A stretch of DNA of 63,910 bases, the filler included, from Octopus bimaculoides (Eukaryota): the NCBI RefSeq assembly GCF_001194135.2. It is 4 parts of 4 records of this genome, joined end to end, with 100 filler letters (N's around TTAATTAATTAA, not from the genome) between each part and the next. Parts side by side here need not be neighbours in the genome. Positions count along the whole stretch, not along the records: positions 1 to 19,277 come from NC_069002.1; positions 19,378 to 37,875 come from NC_068987.1; 2 more parts are not named here. One strand, given 5' to 3'. Both the position numbers and the translations under genes were made by a program. The first letter of the stretch is position 1. The number at the start of each line of letters is the position of its first letter. Shown here in pieces: positions 11,143 through 22,062 of this stretch. Below the pieces are notes generated by a model. The model was not told the origin of the DNA. It searched no databases and was given only the letters and a program-made list of their open reading frames with translations.

Positions 11143-11831
11143 TCCTAAACAGATGGAATGATCACAATTGGAATGCCTTTTCTATCATGGGTATGCTTCA
11201 TTATGGTTGAAAACAATAAAGCTTACTGGCATACAGTGAGTGTGTCCCAGCTGGCCACTGCTAGCTGTTTGACCCTGGAAGGGGGTGATGGAGAGGACCA
11301 TACCAGTGCAACATTGTTTCTAACTAACCAGTTCACTTTACTTCAAATAAATATAACAAGAAGGAACAGTTTACCTTGTTAAACAGCAGAAGGAGGTGAC
11401 ACGGGGGTGGGAGAGAAATTAAGATGGGAGATGTAGGGGGGATGTGGGGGGAGGGAGACGTAGGGGGAAAGATATGGGGTAAGGGAGGAGGAAGGTGATG
11501 GGGGCAAGGGAGATGAGGGCAAGGAGGAGAGGGATTTGAGTGAGACATGATAGGGCAATAGTGATAGGGTAACAATGATGATGTGTGGGTGAGGGCAGTG
11601 GGGGTGGGGCAAAGGTGATGCAGGAGATGAGTGAGACTGAGGGATGAGCAAGGTGATGATGCAGTGATGAAAGTGTGCCAAAGACAAAATAATATAGCAA
11701 GACTGAAAACTGAAAGGAAAGAAAAACACTGTAAAAGAGAAAAAGAGAGAGAGAGAAATGGTTTGTTGTGGATGTTAAAATTGAAAAGAATGTCAGAACA
11801 CCGAGAAATTTCTTTTTTTTTTTTTACTCAC

Positions 11832-11885
11832 ACTAGCTGGAATGCTGGGTAGTTTATTTGGATCAGGAGCAGTGAAGGTAAACAT
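11832..11885 (-). CDS. DENND1: DENND1 exon d: MFTFTAPDPNKLPSIPAS
   Basis: Acceptor tttttttag, donor AGT|gtgagt, 54 nt, phase 0 to 0. Corresponds to vertebrate FTVPDxxxLPSIPEN. Confidence 0.92.
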
Positions 11886-12314
11886 CTAAAAAAGAGAGTT
11901 TAAAAAAGACAAAACATTACCAAATTATGAATTAACAGTTAAGATTTTAATATAAACAACATTAGATATGATAAACCCTAGTTATGAGACAGGGGAAAAC
12001 AACAAGCACAATACATTGCTTGGTATTAATGTCCCACATAACAATGTGGACCACTTTAGTTTCATGTCTGCCACATGAAATAACCTTGCAAAGTAAATTC
12101 TGAATTAAAAGTAAAGATTTTAAAGTAAATGATGTAAAACATTATGCACCCTATATCAGAGNNNNNNNNNNAAAAAAAAAAAAAAAAAAAAAAGCAGCAA
12201 GGCCACTTACTAGTTGATATGTGGTTTGACATCCATCAAGTGCTAGGTGGGCTTGGTGATTAACTCACAAACTAGTTCTTATAATGACTTCAAAAATATT
12301 AGTAACTTTGTTAA

Positions 12315-12530
12315 GGCGGCAAGATGGCAGAATCATTAGCATGCCAGATAGAATGCTTAGCAGCATTTCATCTGTCTTTATGTTCTGAGTTCAAATTCTG
12401 CCAAGGTCAACTTTTCCTTTCATATTTCAAAGTCGATAAAATAAGTACCAGTTGAGTACTGAGGTCAATGTAATCCACTAGCTCCCCCCCCAAAAAAAAA
12501 TTGCTGGCCTTGTGTCAAAATTTGAAACTA
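12315..12530 (+). mobile_element. Family C tRNA-headed SINE, CpG-eroded copy
   Basis: ggcggcaagatggcagaatcattagc...gagttcaaattc (A/B boxes)...gtcgataaaataagtaccag. Confidence 0.8.
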
Positions 12531-14324
12531 ATATTAATAACACTTTCAGTTAAATAAATGCAATCAGCAAATTCATTGGTAAAATAAAACTATTGAAAAT
12601 GTAATTGGTTTCATAAGAGTTATAACTTGAGATTTAAAAAAAAAATTTATTTTATATAATAGCAATGACAGTAACACACTGAACTATGTACATATAATCA
12701 GGATTTCAAACCTTACTATTTCAGTCAGTGAAAGTTATAGAACCAAGGCCTGCTTCAGTATCAATGTTTCTTCTAAGCTGCAAGACAGTGCAGTCACTGT
12801 ATTGGTCAGTGCACATCAAAATGCTACAAGTCATTTTAATTTAGAAAATATATGATTCATAAGCTGTATGAAAGATTGAAGGCTGCACACTAGGTTTCAG
12901 TATGTATTCAAAGTATCAACAGCTGGGAAACAGTAGACGAAACACTGCTCGGTTTACCTGGCTGACAAAAAAGGTTGAGCAACTGTTTGTCAATCAAAAT
13001 TGCTGAGTTGTTAGCAATAAGAAAAAGCAACAATTTTAAACAATACAAATTTTCAAAATAATTTTTTCACCCAAGTGACAATTTTTTTTTCTTTGTGGGT
13101 TTATAAGAGGAGAACAGAGCAGTAGTAGGACTTTGGGTGAAAGGATAACACTAGCTCCTAAAATAGGGATCCTCCTTTGTTTCCTGTAAAATTTTCTTCA
13201 CAAGAAATCTTATGTGACAGGGCCTGCTAACCCTACACCCGACCTCCACTTGGGAAGGTGAGGTTTGTATTGTGTATTAGGAAGAAGCTCCATACTTACA
13301 TTGGGAACAATGTGAAGCAAATGAACATAAAACAAGAGGAAGTGGCGAAATCTATGAAGGAAAACCTGAGCACTTTCACACCACAAACACACATGTATAC
13401 ATAAGATGAAACTTCTGCCTGTCAAGGCTTTGGTTGGCTCAAACATGTAGTAGAAGACACTTGCCCAAGGTGCCATGCTGTGGAATTGAACCCAAAACCA
13501 TAGAATTGGAAAGCAAGCTTCTTACTACACAATTTTTTCTCAAATCTATTTAAAAAAAAAAAATTAACCAGCTTTAGTTATCTCAATAAATAATGAATAT
13601 TATACTAAAAATTTGTTTAAAGAAATAGTTTAATTTATATATGCTTCAGTGACATAAATAGTAATATGAACCGGGAACCATGTGGTTGCAAAGCAAACTT
13701 CTTATAACACAGCCACACCTGCAAGGCTGATAAGTTAACCACAGCTTCTTCATATGCAGTCAGGTGTTGTCCCATGTTTCCATAGAGAGTAGGGTGATGT
13801 CACTTAATATTGCTTCTCTATATTTGTGTGAGATGTCCTTTCACCCCAAAAGCAGCCCTGAGTGCACTGTTTGATCCTGAGCAGACCAACGAAGAGCAGA
13901 CTGTCTTTTTTCTATTTGTAGCACACTGCACAGTGCTCCCCCTACCACCACCACCACTTTTGCTATTTGTTTTGATGATAGCATTTGATTTGATGGAGAT
14001 TTGGTTGATATTTCTAGCAGGGCAAGTGACCACATAGGATTATTATAAACACTGATGTCCAGCCATTATGTCTTGTTACAACTACTGTCTGTTATTAAAA
14101 ATAAATACAAAATCACTTCATCTCTTAGCTATTCCAGACAAATGCAAACTATATGTGTATATATTATTGCTAAAATTACCCACAACAGCTGTTTCCATTC
14201 TAGGATCAGACCTAAGTATTAGCAGCTTCCTGTAGTATATATATATATATATATATATATATCCAAGAGAAAATCAACACTAACAGATGATGACAGAGTT
14301 CACGTTATGTATGTAAACCGTTTA

Positions 14325-14705
14325 TCTTTTACTTGTTTCAGTTACTAGACAAAAGCCATGCTGGGCACCATTTTGAAGAATTTTTAATCAAATGTATTAA
14401 CCCCAGTACTTTTTTTTTTTTTAAGCCTGGTACTTACTCTGTTGATCTCTTTTACTGAACCATGAAGTTATGGGGATGTAAACACACCAACACTGGTTGT
14501 CAAGTGCTGGTAGGGGAAAACACAAAGACATGCATGTGTACACACACACACACACATGACATACTTCATTTAGTTTAACCAAATCAACTCACAAGTCTTT
14601 GATTAGCCACAGGCTTTAGTAGAAGACACTTGCCTAAGATGCTATGCAATGGGACTGAGCCCAGGGTCATGTAAATGGGAAACAAGCTTCTTACCACACA
14701 ATCAT
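14325..14705 (-). mobile_element. Family B SINE with internal (CA)n
   Basis: tcttttacttgtttcagtt...agtagaagacacttgcc...aagcttcttaccacaca. Confidence 0.78.
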
Positions 14706-14879
14706 ATCTAAGCTAATGTTTGTTGCAATTATTACCACCTGACTTCACATATACAAAAACAATGTTCCAACCCAACTTTAAATTGGCAGAACTGTTAGAA
14801 AGGCAAATCAGATGCCTTGCAGTATTAGCTCTAGCATTGTAAAAAGTTGTGGGAACTGCTTTAATCTTCTGACGAAACG

Positions 14880-15185
14880 AAATCATCATCTAATGTCCAT
14901 TTTCTATGCTGGCATGAGTTAGATGGTTTGACTAGAGCTGGTAAGCTGGAGTGTTGCATCAGGCTCCAGTTACCTATTTTGGCTTGGTTTCTAGGGCTGG
15001 ATGCTTTTCCTAATGCCAACAACTTTACAGAATGTACTCGGTGCCTTTCACATGTCACCAGCACAAGTGCCTCGTACGTGTCACTGGCACAAGTGCCTTG
15101 TACGTGTCACTGGCATGGTGCCTCATACGTGTCACTAGCCCAAGTGCCTCTTAGATGTCACCAGCATGGGTGCCTTTTATGTATT
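14880..15185 (-). mobile_element. Family A copy with an internal 26-bp tandem array
   Basis: Core gctggatgcttttcctaatgccaac followed by about 5 copies of gtcacYrgcacaagtgccYYgtacgt. Confidence 0.78.
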
Positions 15186-15622
15186 GCAAGAAAATGATTT
15201 ACAACAACAACAAAAAAACATATTCACTGTACCATGTCCTAAAACTAAATGAAGAAATTTTAAAATTTGGTCCACAAACTAGATTAGAACATAACATCTT
15301 CCTGATGTATTGGGTTTGTGGGTAACCCTCAAATAGTTGCCCATGACTGCCATGTCACAGAGACATTCAAACAGATTTAGCTACACATAATCTACAACAA
15401 CCACACAAGCTATGCAGTCACTTGACCTACTAGAAATAAAATCCAAATTTCCCTCAAATCATGCTGGGGTTGTAAGTAAAGATATATACATTGAACAATG
15501 TAGACCTTGATAAACACAAAGACAAGACAGTCACAAGTAGAATGCCTTTGGATCATATCAGAACTAAGCTGAGGTTAATAAGCAATACCACCACCAACAA
15601 TAATAAGAAAGTCTTTGTTTAC

Positions 15623-15782
15623 CTCTTCCTGGGCTACAATTGTCACCTGACTACAAGGTTCAGGTAAATCAAGCTTGAACGCCTCATTAAGAAGCAAAGT
15701 AACATCATTCTTTTCAGTGCGGTTACTGATTTCGGCAAGTAGATTGAGGAAACGGTAGAAGATCTCATACCAAGGAAGGGAA
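15623..15782 (-). CDS. DENND1: DENND1 exon c: SLPWYEIFYRFLNLLAEISNRTEKNDVTLLLNEAFKLDLPEPCSQVTIVAQEE
   Basis: Acceptor tatttcag, donor GAG|gtaaac, 160 nt, phase 2 to 0. LPWxExFYxxLNxLA motif as in DENND1. Confidence 0.95.
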
Positions 15783-16810
15783 CTGAAATAAATTAAATAC
15801 AAAGAACACCTGATCACAATAGCAAAGAGCAGATAACCCTTTTGATCTTAACCCACCAGAAACCACCTTCCCTGGTTCTATGGCATAAGACCACCATCCT
15901 TTGTATATTTAAATCCATCATAATATAGGCTGAGTCAAAAGTCACACACCAAAGCATTTGGCATTTTATTTATATTATGTTATTATTCTTATTGTTATTA
16001 TTAATTTCTTTCATCATGTACTTGTGTATTCATCATTCCTTTATTCTATTCAATTTTAGAAAAATTGAAGTATGTCTTTGACAATTCCAGAGTGTATTGG
16101 ACTTATTTTGTGCCTGACTTTTGACCTACTCTGTAATTAAGAAATCTTTTTTGTTAACTTTGCATTAAATGTCAATTTAATAATGGAGAAGTTATTTATT
16201 TTATTAATTCACTCTAAATCTTAACTATTTTTAACAGAATTGGTCCAGAAAAATAGGCAATGTAATGATGATGGACTCTAAACTCCTGGTGGAGTTACAG
16301 GAGCAGGTTCACAGTATTCTAAACTTGGCAGCACCCAACCCTTCCCTGGTGTGAACATGTCAATTTCTGTGTGTTTGTGTGTGTGTGTGTGTGTGAGAGA
16401 GAGAGGGGGGAGGGGAGGGGAGTGACAGCAAACAGATTGACAGACAGAGAGTGAAGAGAGAAAAAGAAGAATCAATTCCAGTACAAAACTGGCACTTTGT
16501 CTTTCATCCTCTCAAAGTTGATAAAGTTGACCTTGGCAGAATTTGGGAGCAGAGAGCCAGAATGAATACCATAGGAACTAAATGTTAGGCAACTGCCAAA
16601 ATGCCACATTGTATTTCATTAGAAATATTGACACAGAACAATTAAGAGAGAAAGAGAGTGATGCAAAAGAAAATTTCAAAAAGTCAATACTTCCAAAATT
16701 AAGAAAATAAAAGCAACATTAATATGATAAAGTCAAAAGTGGTTAGTAACATTTGTTTCCTAACATTCCCCGCTACCACTAATAAACAACAACACAACGG
16801 GTTCACTTAC

Positions 16811-16918
16811 CTGAGTATACACAGGCATGTTTGAGCACTAGTAGCATGTCGACAGAATCCATAAGTAAACTTACTCTTCGTATCAGTAAGTACAAAGGTA
16901 AAATAGTCAACGGCAGCA
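16811..16918 (-). CDS. DENND1: DENND1 exon b: AAVDYFTFVLTDTKSKFTYGFCRHATSAQTCLCIL(S)
   Basis: Acceptor ctctttcag, donor AG|gtaagt, 108 nt, phase 2 to 2. Contains the FTFVLTD...GFCR...CILS uDENN signature of DENND1A/B. Confidence 0.95.
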
Positions 16919-17752
16919 CTGAAAGAGCAATACCAATAATCCTAATAGTGTTTAGTAACAGAGAGAGTCATAATGGGGTTTAACAATATATCAGTATGTT
17001 GTAATCAATAAATGCTAATAAATAACCAATTGAAAGAAATTAAAGAAGTTATCCGATTGGTTCATAGCACCAGTTCTTACCAGTACAGCTTTTAATTTAC
17101 TTACGGAGAAAAGGAAATAGAATGCAAAGATTGAAGGATGAAGTATGGCTTAGTCACAAGAGGAAAAGCAATGTCTATGACCTTTTTTACAGTCCGTAAG
17201 TCTAGTGAGTGGAATGAAAGAAGTTATTTTCAGATAGGAAACCTGCTATGATTACTTACATCAGAGAAGATTATTCTCAAGGCACTCATAGGCTAGGTGA
17301 GAGAAGGGTATGGCAAAGAACAAAAATGGCCATTCACCCAAAATTTCACTCACATAATTTTGTTTGGCCTGAAGTACAGAAAGGTACCATACAGTCTGAT
17401 CAAACCCAGAATGATGTTGCAAAGTAAAATCCAGAATCACACATGCACAACCATACAAAAGGTTCATGTGATGAGAAATTTTTTACATGAAACAGAACAT
17501 ATTTATGAATATAATGTACGAACAAGAAAACAGATGTACCTTTAGTGAAGTCCAATCTGTTGCAAGCATTTAGGCGATGGCTCTGGTTTGAGGATACCTA
17601 CAATCCCCACCCCCCACTTACCAACCAGCTGCAGGGTCCTTGGAAAGAGTCACAAGCACAGCACCTTTTCCTTGACTAAGCAATTAACCAGAAGAAAAAA
17701 CTAAACATAATCCTCAACTAATTTAAAAGAATCATACTGAATACAATCTTAC

Positions 17753-17802
17753 CATTCTGTTGAACAAGGGTAAGCAAACTTTGGAACATCTTTTAAAATT
17801 CC
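17753..17802 (-). CDS. DENND1: DENND1-family (connecdenn, Rab35 GEF) exon a, uDENN region: GILKDVPKFAYPCSTE(C)
   Basis: Acceptor ttgtttcag, donor TG|gtaaga, 50 nt, phase 0 to 2. Matches the DENND1 motif xxLxxxxKFxxP and joins in frame to exon b. Confidence 0.88.
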
Positions 17803-17837
17803 CTGAAACAAACAAGGAAAATACAGTAAAAAATAAA

Positions 17838-17878
<41 letters not shown>

Positions 17879-18191
17879 NNNNNNNNNNNNNNNNNNNNNN
17901 NNNNNNNNNNNNNNNNNNNNNNNNNNNNNNNNNNNNNNNNNNNNNNNNNNNNNNNNNNNNNATACATATATGTAAATATGTAAGAAAAATTATAATAATA
18001 ATTATAATTACACTGATGAGAATGACAATGCATAACTTTAATTTTAATTGTAATCATTATTATTATAATTTTTTTTTGCATATTTGTATTGTCTTTTGAA
18101 ATGTTCATATGTATTAAATCCAATTTTGATTTTAACATCTTTTCTCCATTTTTATACTTGTTTATGGCATCTTTATTTATATATATATATG

Positions 18192-18880
18192 CTACATGGC
18201 AGTGAAACATGGGATGTGAATGCTGAGGACATGCGTAAGCTCGCAAGGAATGAAGCCAGTATGCCCTGATGGATGAGTAATGTCAGTGTGCATACTCGAT
18301 AGAGTGTAAGTACATTGAGAAAAATTTGGACCTAAGAAGCATCAGTTGTGGTGTGCACTGGTATGGTCATTTGGCGAAAATGGATAAGGATAGTTGTTCA
18401 GGGTAGACCCAGGAAGACCTGGGATAAGGTGGTGAAGCACGACCTTCGAACACTGGGCCTCACCAAGGCAATGACTGGTGACCGAGACCTTTGTGCATGG
18501 GAGGACCCAGCAAGACAAGTGAGACCATAACCCGTGGCTTTTTACCAGGGGTGTAGCCAGCCCACTTATGCGTACCTTTCCTTCTTTGGACACAAAACCC
18601 TGCTTGCAAAGACCCGTTGAGGCAAGTGAAATCAAAATCGAATTCGAACCAAATTCGACGACTGGCACCCATGCCAACCTTCCTTCATTGGACACTAAAT
18701 TCTGCTTGCGAAGACCTCTTGGGGCAAGTGAAATCGAAACTGAACCAAATTCGATGACTGGCACCCGTGTCAGAGGAGTGCTAACAGCACCATCCGAGCG
18801 GGATCACTGCCAGAGCAGCTGTCTGGCTTCCGTGCCGGTGGCACGTAAAAAGCACCATTTGAGCATGATCATTACCAGTG
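18192..18880 (+). mobile_element. RTE-clade LINE 3' portion (ORF C-terminus plus tandem-repeat 3' UTR), degraded
   Basis: LHGSETW...RKLARNEASM, WYGHL, GRPRKTWDKVVKHDL...DRDL are RTE C-terminal motifs. Stops and frameshifts present. Two UTR units of about 100 bp follow. Confidence 0.88.
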
Positions 18881-18939
18881 TTTTGCGTTCTTGTCCCAAT
18901 CTGCATTATCTATATACATACATATATATATACATATAT

Positions 18940-19277
18940 ATATGGGAGAATATACAAAAAATAACAACAGACGAGGACAGGTGGTGTAAATAACAAAAGT
19001 ATATATTAGTATGACGCTCGGGAATACGGAAAGTCTTTGACGTTTCGAGCTACGCTCTTCAACAGAAAGAATACGGAGACAAGGAGAAAAACACGGAGAA
19101 AAAAAATTGAATAGTGTTCAGTCAACGGTCAATCATAATAATGGCCGATCATAACAATGACTGACCGGAAGTTAGAAATTCTTATTTCAGGAGAGCTAAG
19201 AAAGGGGGAGATAACGAACGGTGATCGGGAACGAGGGGCTGTGTGTGGGAGGTAGACTGCTGGTGATCTTGACGTAT
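18940..19277 (-). mobile_element. Penelope-like terminal-repeat fragment (inferred)
   Basis: Minus strand TTGAAGAGCGTAGCTCGAAACGTC. The same family is at 55240-55365 on the plus strand. PLE assignment rests on the TGAAGA...CGAAACGT motif only. Confidence 0.5.
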
Positions 19278-19377
19278 NNNNNNNNNNNNNNNNNNNNNNN
19301 NNNNNNNNNNNNNNNNNNNNNTTAATTAATTAANNNNNNNNNNNNNNNNNNNNNNNNNNNNNNNNNNNNNNNNNNNN
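19278..19377. other. Synthetic scaffold-join spacer
   Basis: 44 N + TTAATTAATTAA (stops in all six frames) + 44 N = 100 bp. Confidence 0.95.
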
Positions 19378-19412
<35 letters not shown>

Positions 19413-19855
19413 TATATATGTATGTCTTTCACTCTCTCCCAGCATCTCGGCTTCACACGTACACAAACTCACTCGCACACCCCCGTGAATGCGTGTGTAT
19501 GTATGTGTATATGTATGTAAAGCTGTATTGGTGTATACAAATCGTATATGTATATATGCACGTAACTTCTTATTCATTTTACATCAATATTCGTAAAAAT
19601 ATCTACACTTATTTTTCGTACATAAAAACTCGCAAATTCATTTACACATACATACACACATATAGCGAAAAGCTGACATATACAAGGAATGCATTCATAA
19701 GAATGAGAACCCCGACTCCATCCCGTTCCGCATCCCACTCACTTTTTATACATACGTACATACATATATATATGTAGTTATATACATAATTCATATCCAC
19801 ACACATACGTGTACATCGTATAAAAAGAAAAAAAGTATAGTAACAAGAACAACAG

Positions 19856-19859
19856 TATT

Positions 19860-19923
<64 letters not shown>

Positions 19924-19932
19924 GTGATAATA
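19856..19932. repeat. (TAA)n microsatellite
   Basis: Directly visible. Confidence 0.95.
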
Positions 19933-20607
19933 ATAGAATGGAGCAACATGGCGTGGACAGCACGGATAAGACCGACTGAGAGTTAAAATGGAAAGCAAAT
20001 TAACCGAGAAGAAAAGGAGGAATGTTTTCTAATGTAAAAATGTGAAGGCAACGCTAAAGAAAACGGTGAAGCGATGAATAAAAGACTGCAACAAAGAGCT
20101 GAAGTTCGGAAACGTGAGTTAACTGTTGAATTAGTTTTTACATTCTAGTTTCTATGGATTTAATTATCTCTATAGCCTTTATATACCACCTCCTTACAGA
20201 ATACATCCTTTGGGATACTATCGCTACTGGTAGTGTTGCTGCTAGAGCTGGTGCTGCGGTTGTTGTTGATGTTGGTGTCGATGGCGTTACTGGTAGCGCT
20301 GCTGTTCCTGAATGTCATTGTTGTATTTTGTAGGTGGTGTTGTTACTGTTTGTATAGTTTGGTAGGGTGCCGTTGTTTTTCTTGTTTGTAGTGCTAGATA
20401 TTGTTGCTAAGCTTTGGAAGAGTTTCTTCTGTTCGTGGTATTGATGGTAGTGGTTGCTGTGTTATTATTGATGCTAATGTCTGCGCCTTTATTAGAAGTA
20501 CGACTCGATAATATTTTGTTTTATTGCTGTTGATGATAGTGGTGATTACGATGTTTATGGTGGCTATAGTAGTTTTGTTGGTGTTATTCTGTAGCATAGC
20601 CAGCAAC

Positions 20608-20890
20608 TAGGAAGGCGCGTGGAGTAGTCGTCAGGGTATTGGGCTCGCGGTCATAAGGTTGTAAGTTCAACTCCTGGAGACGCGCTCAGTCTTTGTGCAG
20701 TGTACTTTATTTCACGTTGTCCCAGTCCACTGAGCTGGCGAAATGCGTTGGAGCTGAATTTCACAGCGAAATTCAGTAGCACATTGGCTCCCACACGCCC
20801 TGCCATTGGGCCGTTGTGGTGTGTTATCGAGACCACACGACCCTCCGATGGGAAGTGGGTGTCTAACACTACCTATGTGATCCTTACCTC
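20608..20890 (+). mobile_element. tRNA-headed SINE of another family
   Basis: ggaaggcgcgtggagtagtcg...aagttcaactcctgg head, then ttcacgttgtcccagtccactgagctgg. Confidence 0.55.
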
Positions 20891-20934
20891 ACATATGGTA
20901 TAATGTAAAAATATTCTTTTCTACTGTAGGAACA

Positions 20935-21097
20935 AGGCCCGAAATATTTGGTGAGAGGGTAGTCGATTAGATCGACCCCGAAAGTATGAAAGGCAAAGTC
21001 GACCTCCGCTGAATTTGAACTCAGAACGTAAAGACAGACGAAATACCGCTAAGCATTTCGCCCGGCGTGCTAACGTTTCTGCCAGCTCGCCGCCTTA
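20935..21097 (-). mobile_element. Family C SINE, CpG-intact
   Basis: Reverse complement ggcggcgagctggcagaaacgttagcacgccgggcgaaatgcttagcggtatttcg...gagttcaaattc. Confidence 0.88.
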
Positions 21098-21939
21098 AAG
21101 TGTAAAAATATTAGCTACTCATGAGAAGCCTAATTAAGATATGGTATTGGGACCCTAGGATAAAACGTAAAATGAGGCTCAGGAGCCAACGTGTTCAGTG
21201 TAGGCATGTCTGTGCAGTACTCAGCCATTTGCATTTTTATTTCACTATCAAATTCTTACTTTCAGTGGATCAACTGGAACCTTCGTCGTCGTAACCGACA
21301 GAAAGTTACGTTTTTTAACCACTGGTTAGCCGGATCGAAATTATGCATGATCAAAACTTTCTCTTTATAAACATCTCTTGGGTGCAGAAAAACCATGAAT
21401 TCGTTATACAATATGCCTCTTGTTAACAGAATATGTTATGGTTTTAGGGACATATAGCACATATCAAGATAAACATGTGGGTCCCAGTTAGAATTTTCTT
21501 CAGGTCGAGTAGCCCGTCCCACTCAAAAGGTCGCCGAATGAGGGCTAAGTATGTTGAACGAAACACCTATGTTTCCAGAGGTGAATTTTTCAACCCCCTC
21601 AAAATAACGAACAACACATGGCTATGATGCTCCTCAACTACTTCTGCTCGTGATCAAAGTTTCACATATCTTCAACCTCAATTGACAAGCAAATCTGTAG
21701 TGTTCAGCAGAAAATTTGCGGTGGCCCATGTTTTTACACCAAGACAAATCATATACATGATAACTCTTAGCGGTATTTCGTTCATATCTACGTTCTGAGT
21801 TCAGATTCCGTCAAGGTCAAATTAACCTTTCATCCTTTCGGGGTCGATAAATTAAGTACCAGAAAAACACTGGGGTCGATATGAACGATTTACCCACTCC
21901 TCACAAATTTCAGGCCTTCTGCATATAGTAGAAAAAAAA

Positions 21940-21971
21940 TCATCACCATCACCACCACCACCACCACCACC

Positions 21972-22027
<56 letters not shown>

Positions 22028-22062
22028 TATTATTAATATTATTATTATTATTATTATTATTA
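21940..22062. repeat. Compound (ACC)n-(ATC)n-(ATT)n microsatellite
   Basis: Directly visible. Confidence 0.95.

Noticed and set aside
15041-15185. CRISPR-like array
   Set aside because: The units are contiguous tandem repeats without unique spacers, in a eukaryotic intron with no cas genes.
16278-16365. GC-richer coding-looking patch in intron b-c
   Set aside because: No recognisable homology and no compatible pair of splice sites.
17590-17597. U12-like donor GTATCCTC 24 nt beyond the candidate cassette donor
   Set aside because: It is a 7/8 match only, using it puts TAA in frame, and there is no TCCTTAAC branch site before the exon b acceptor.
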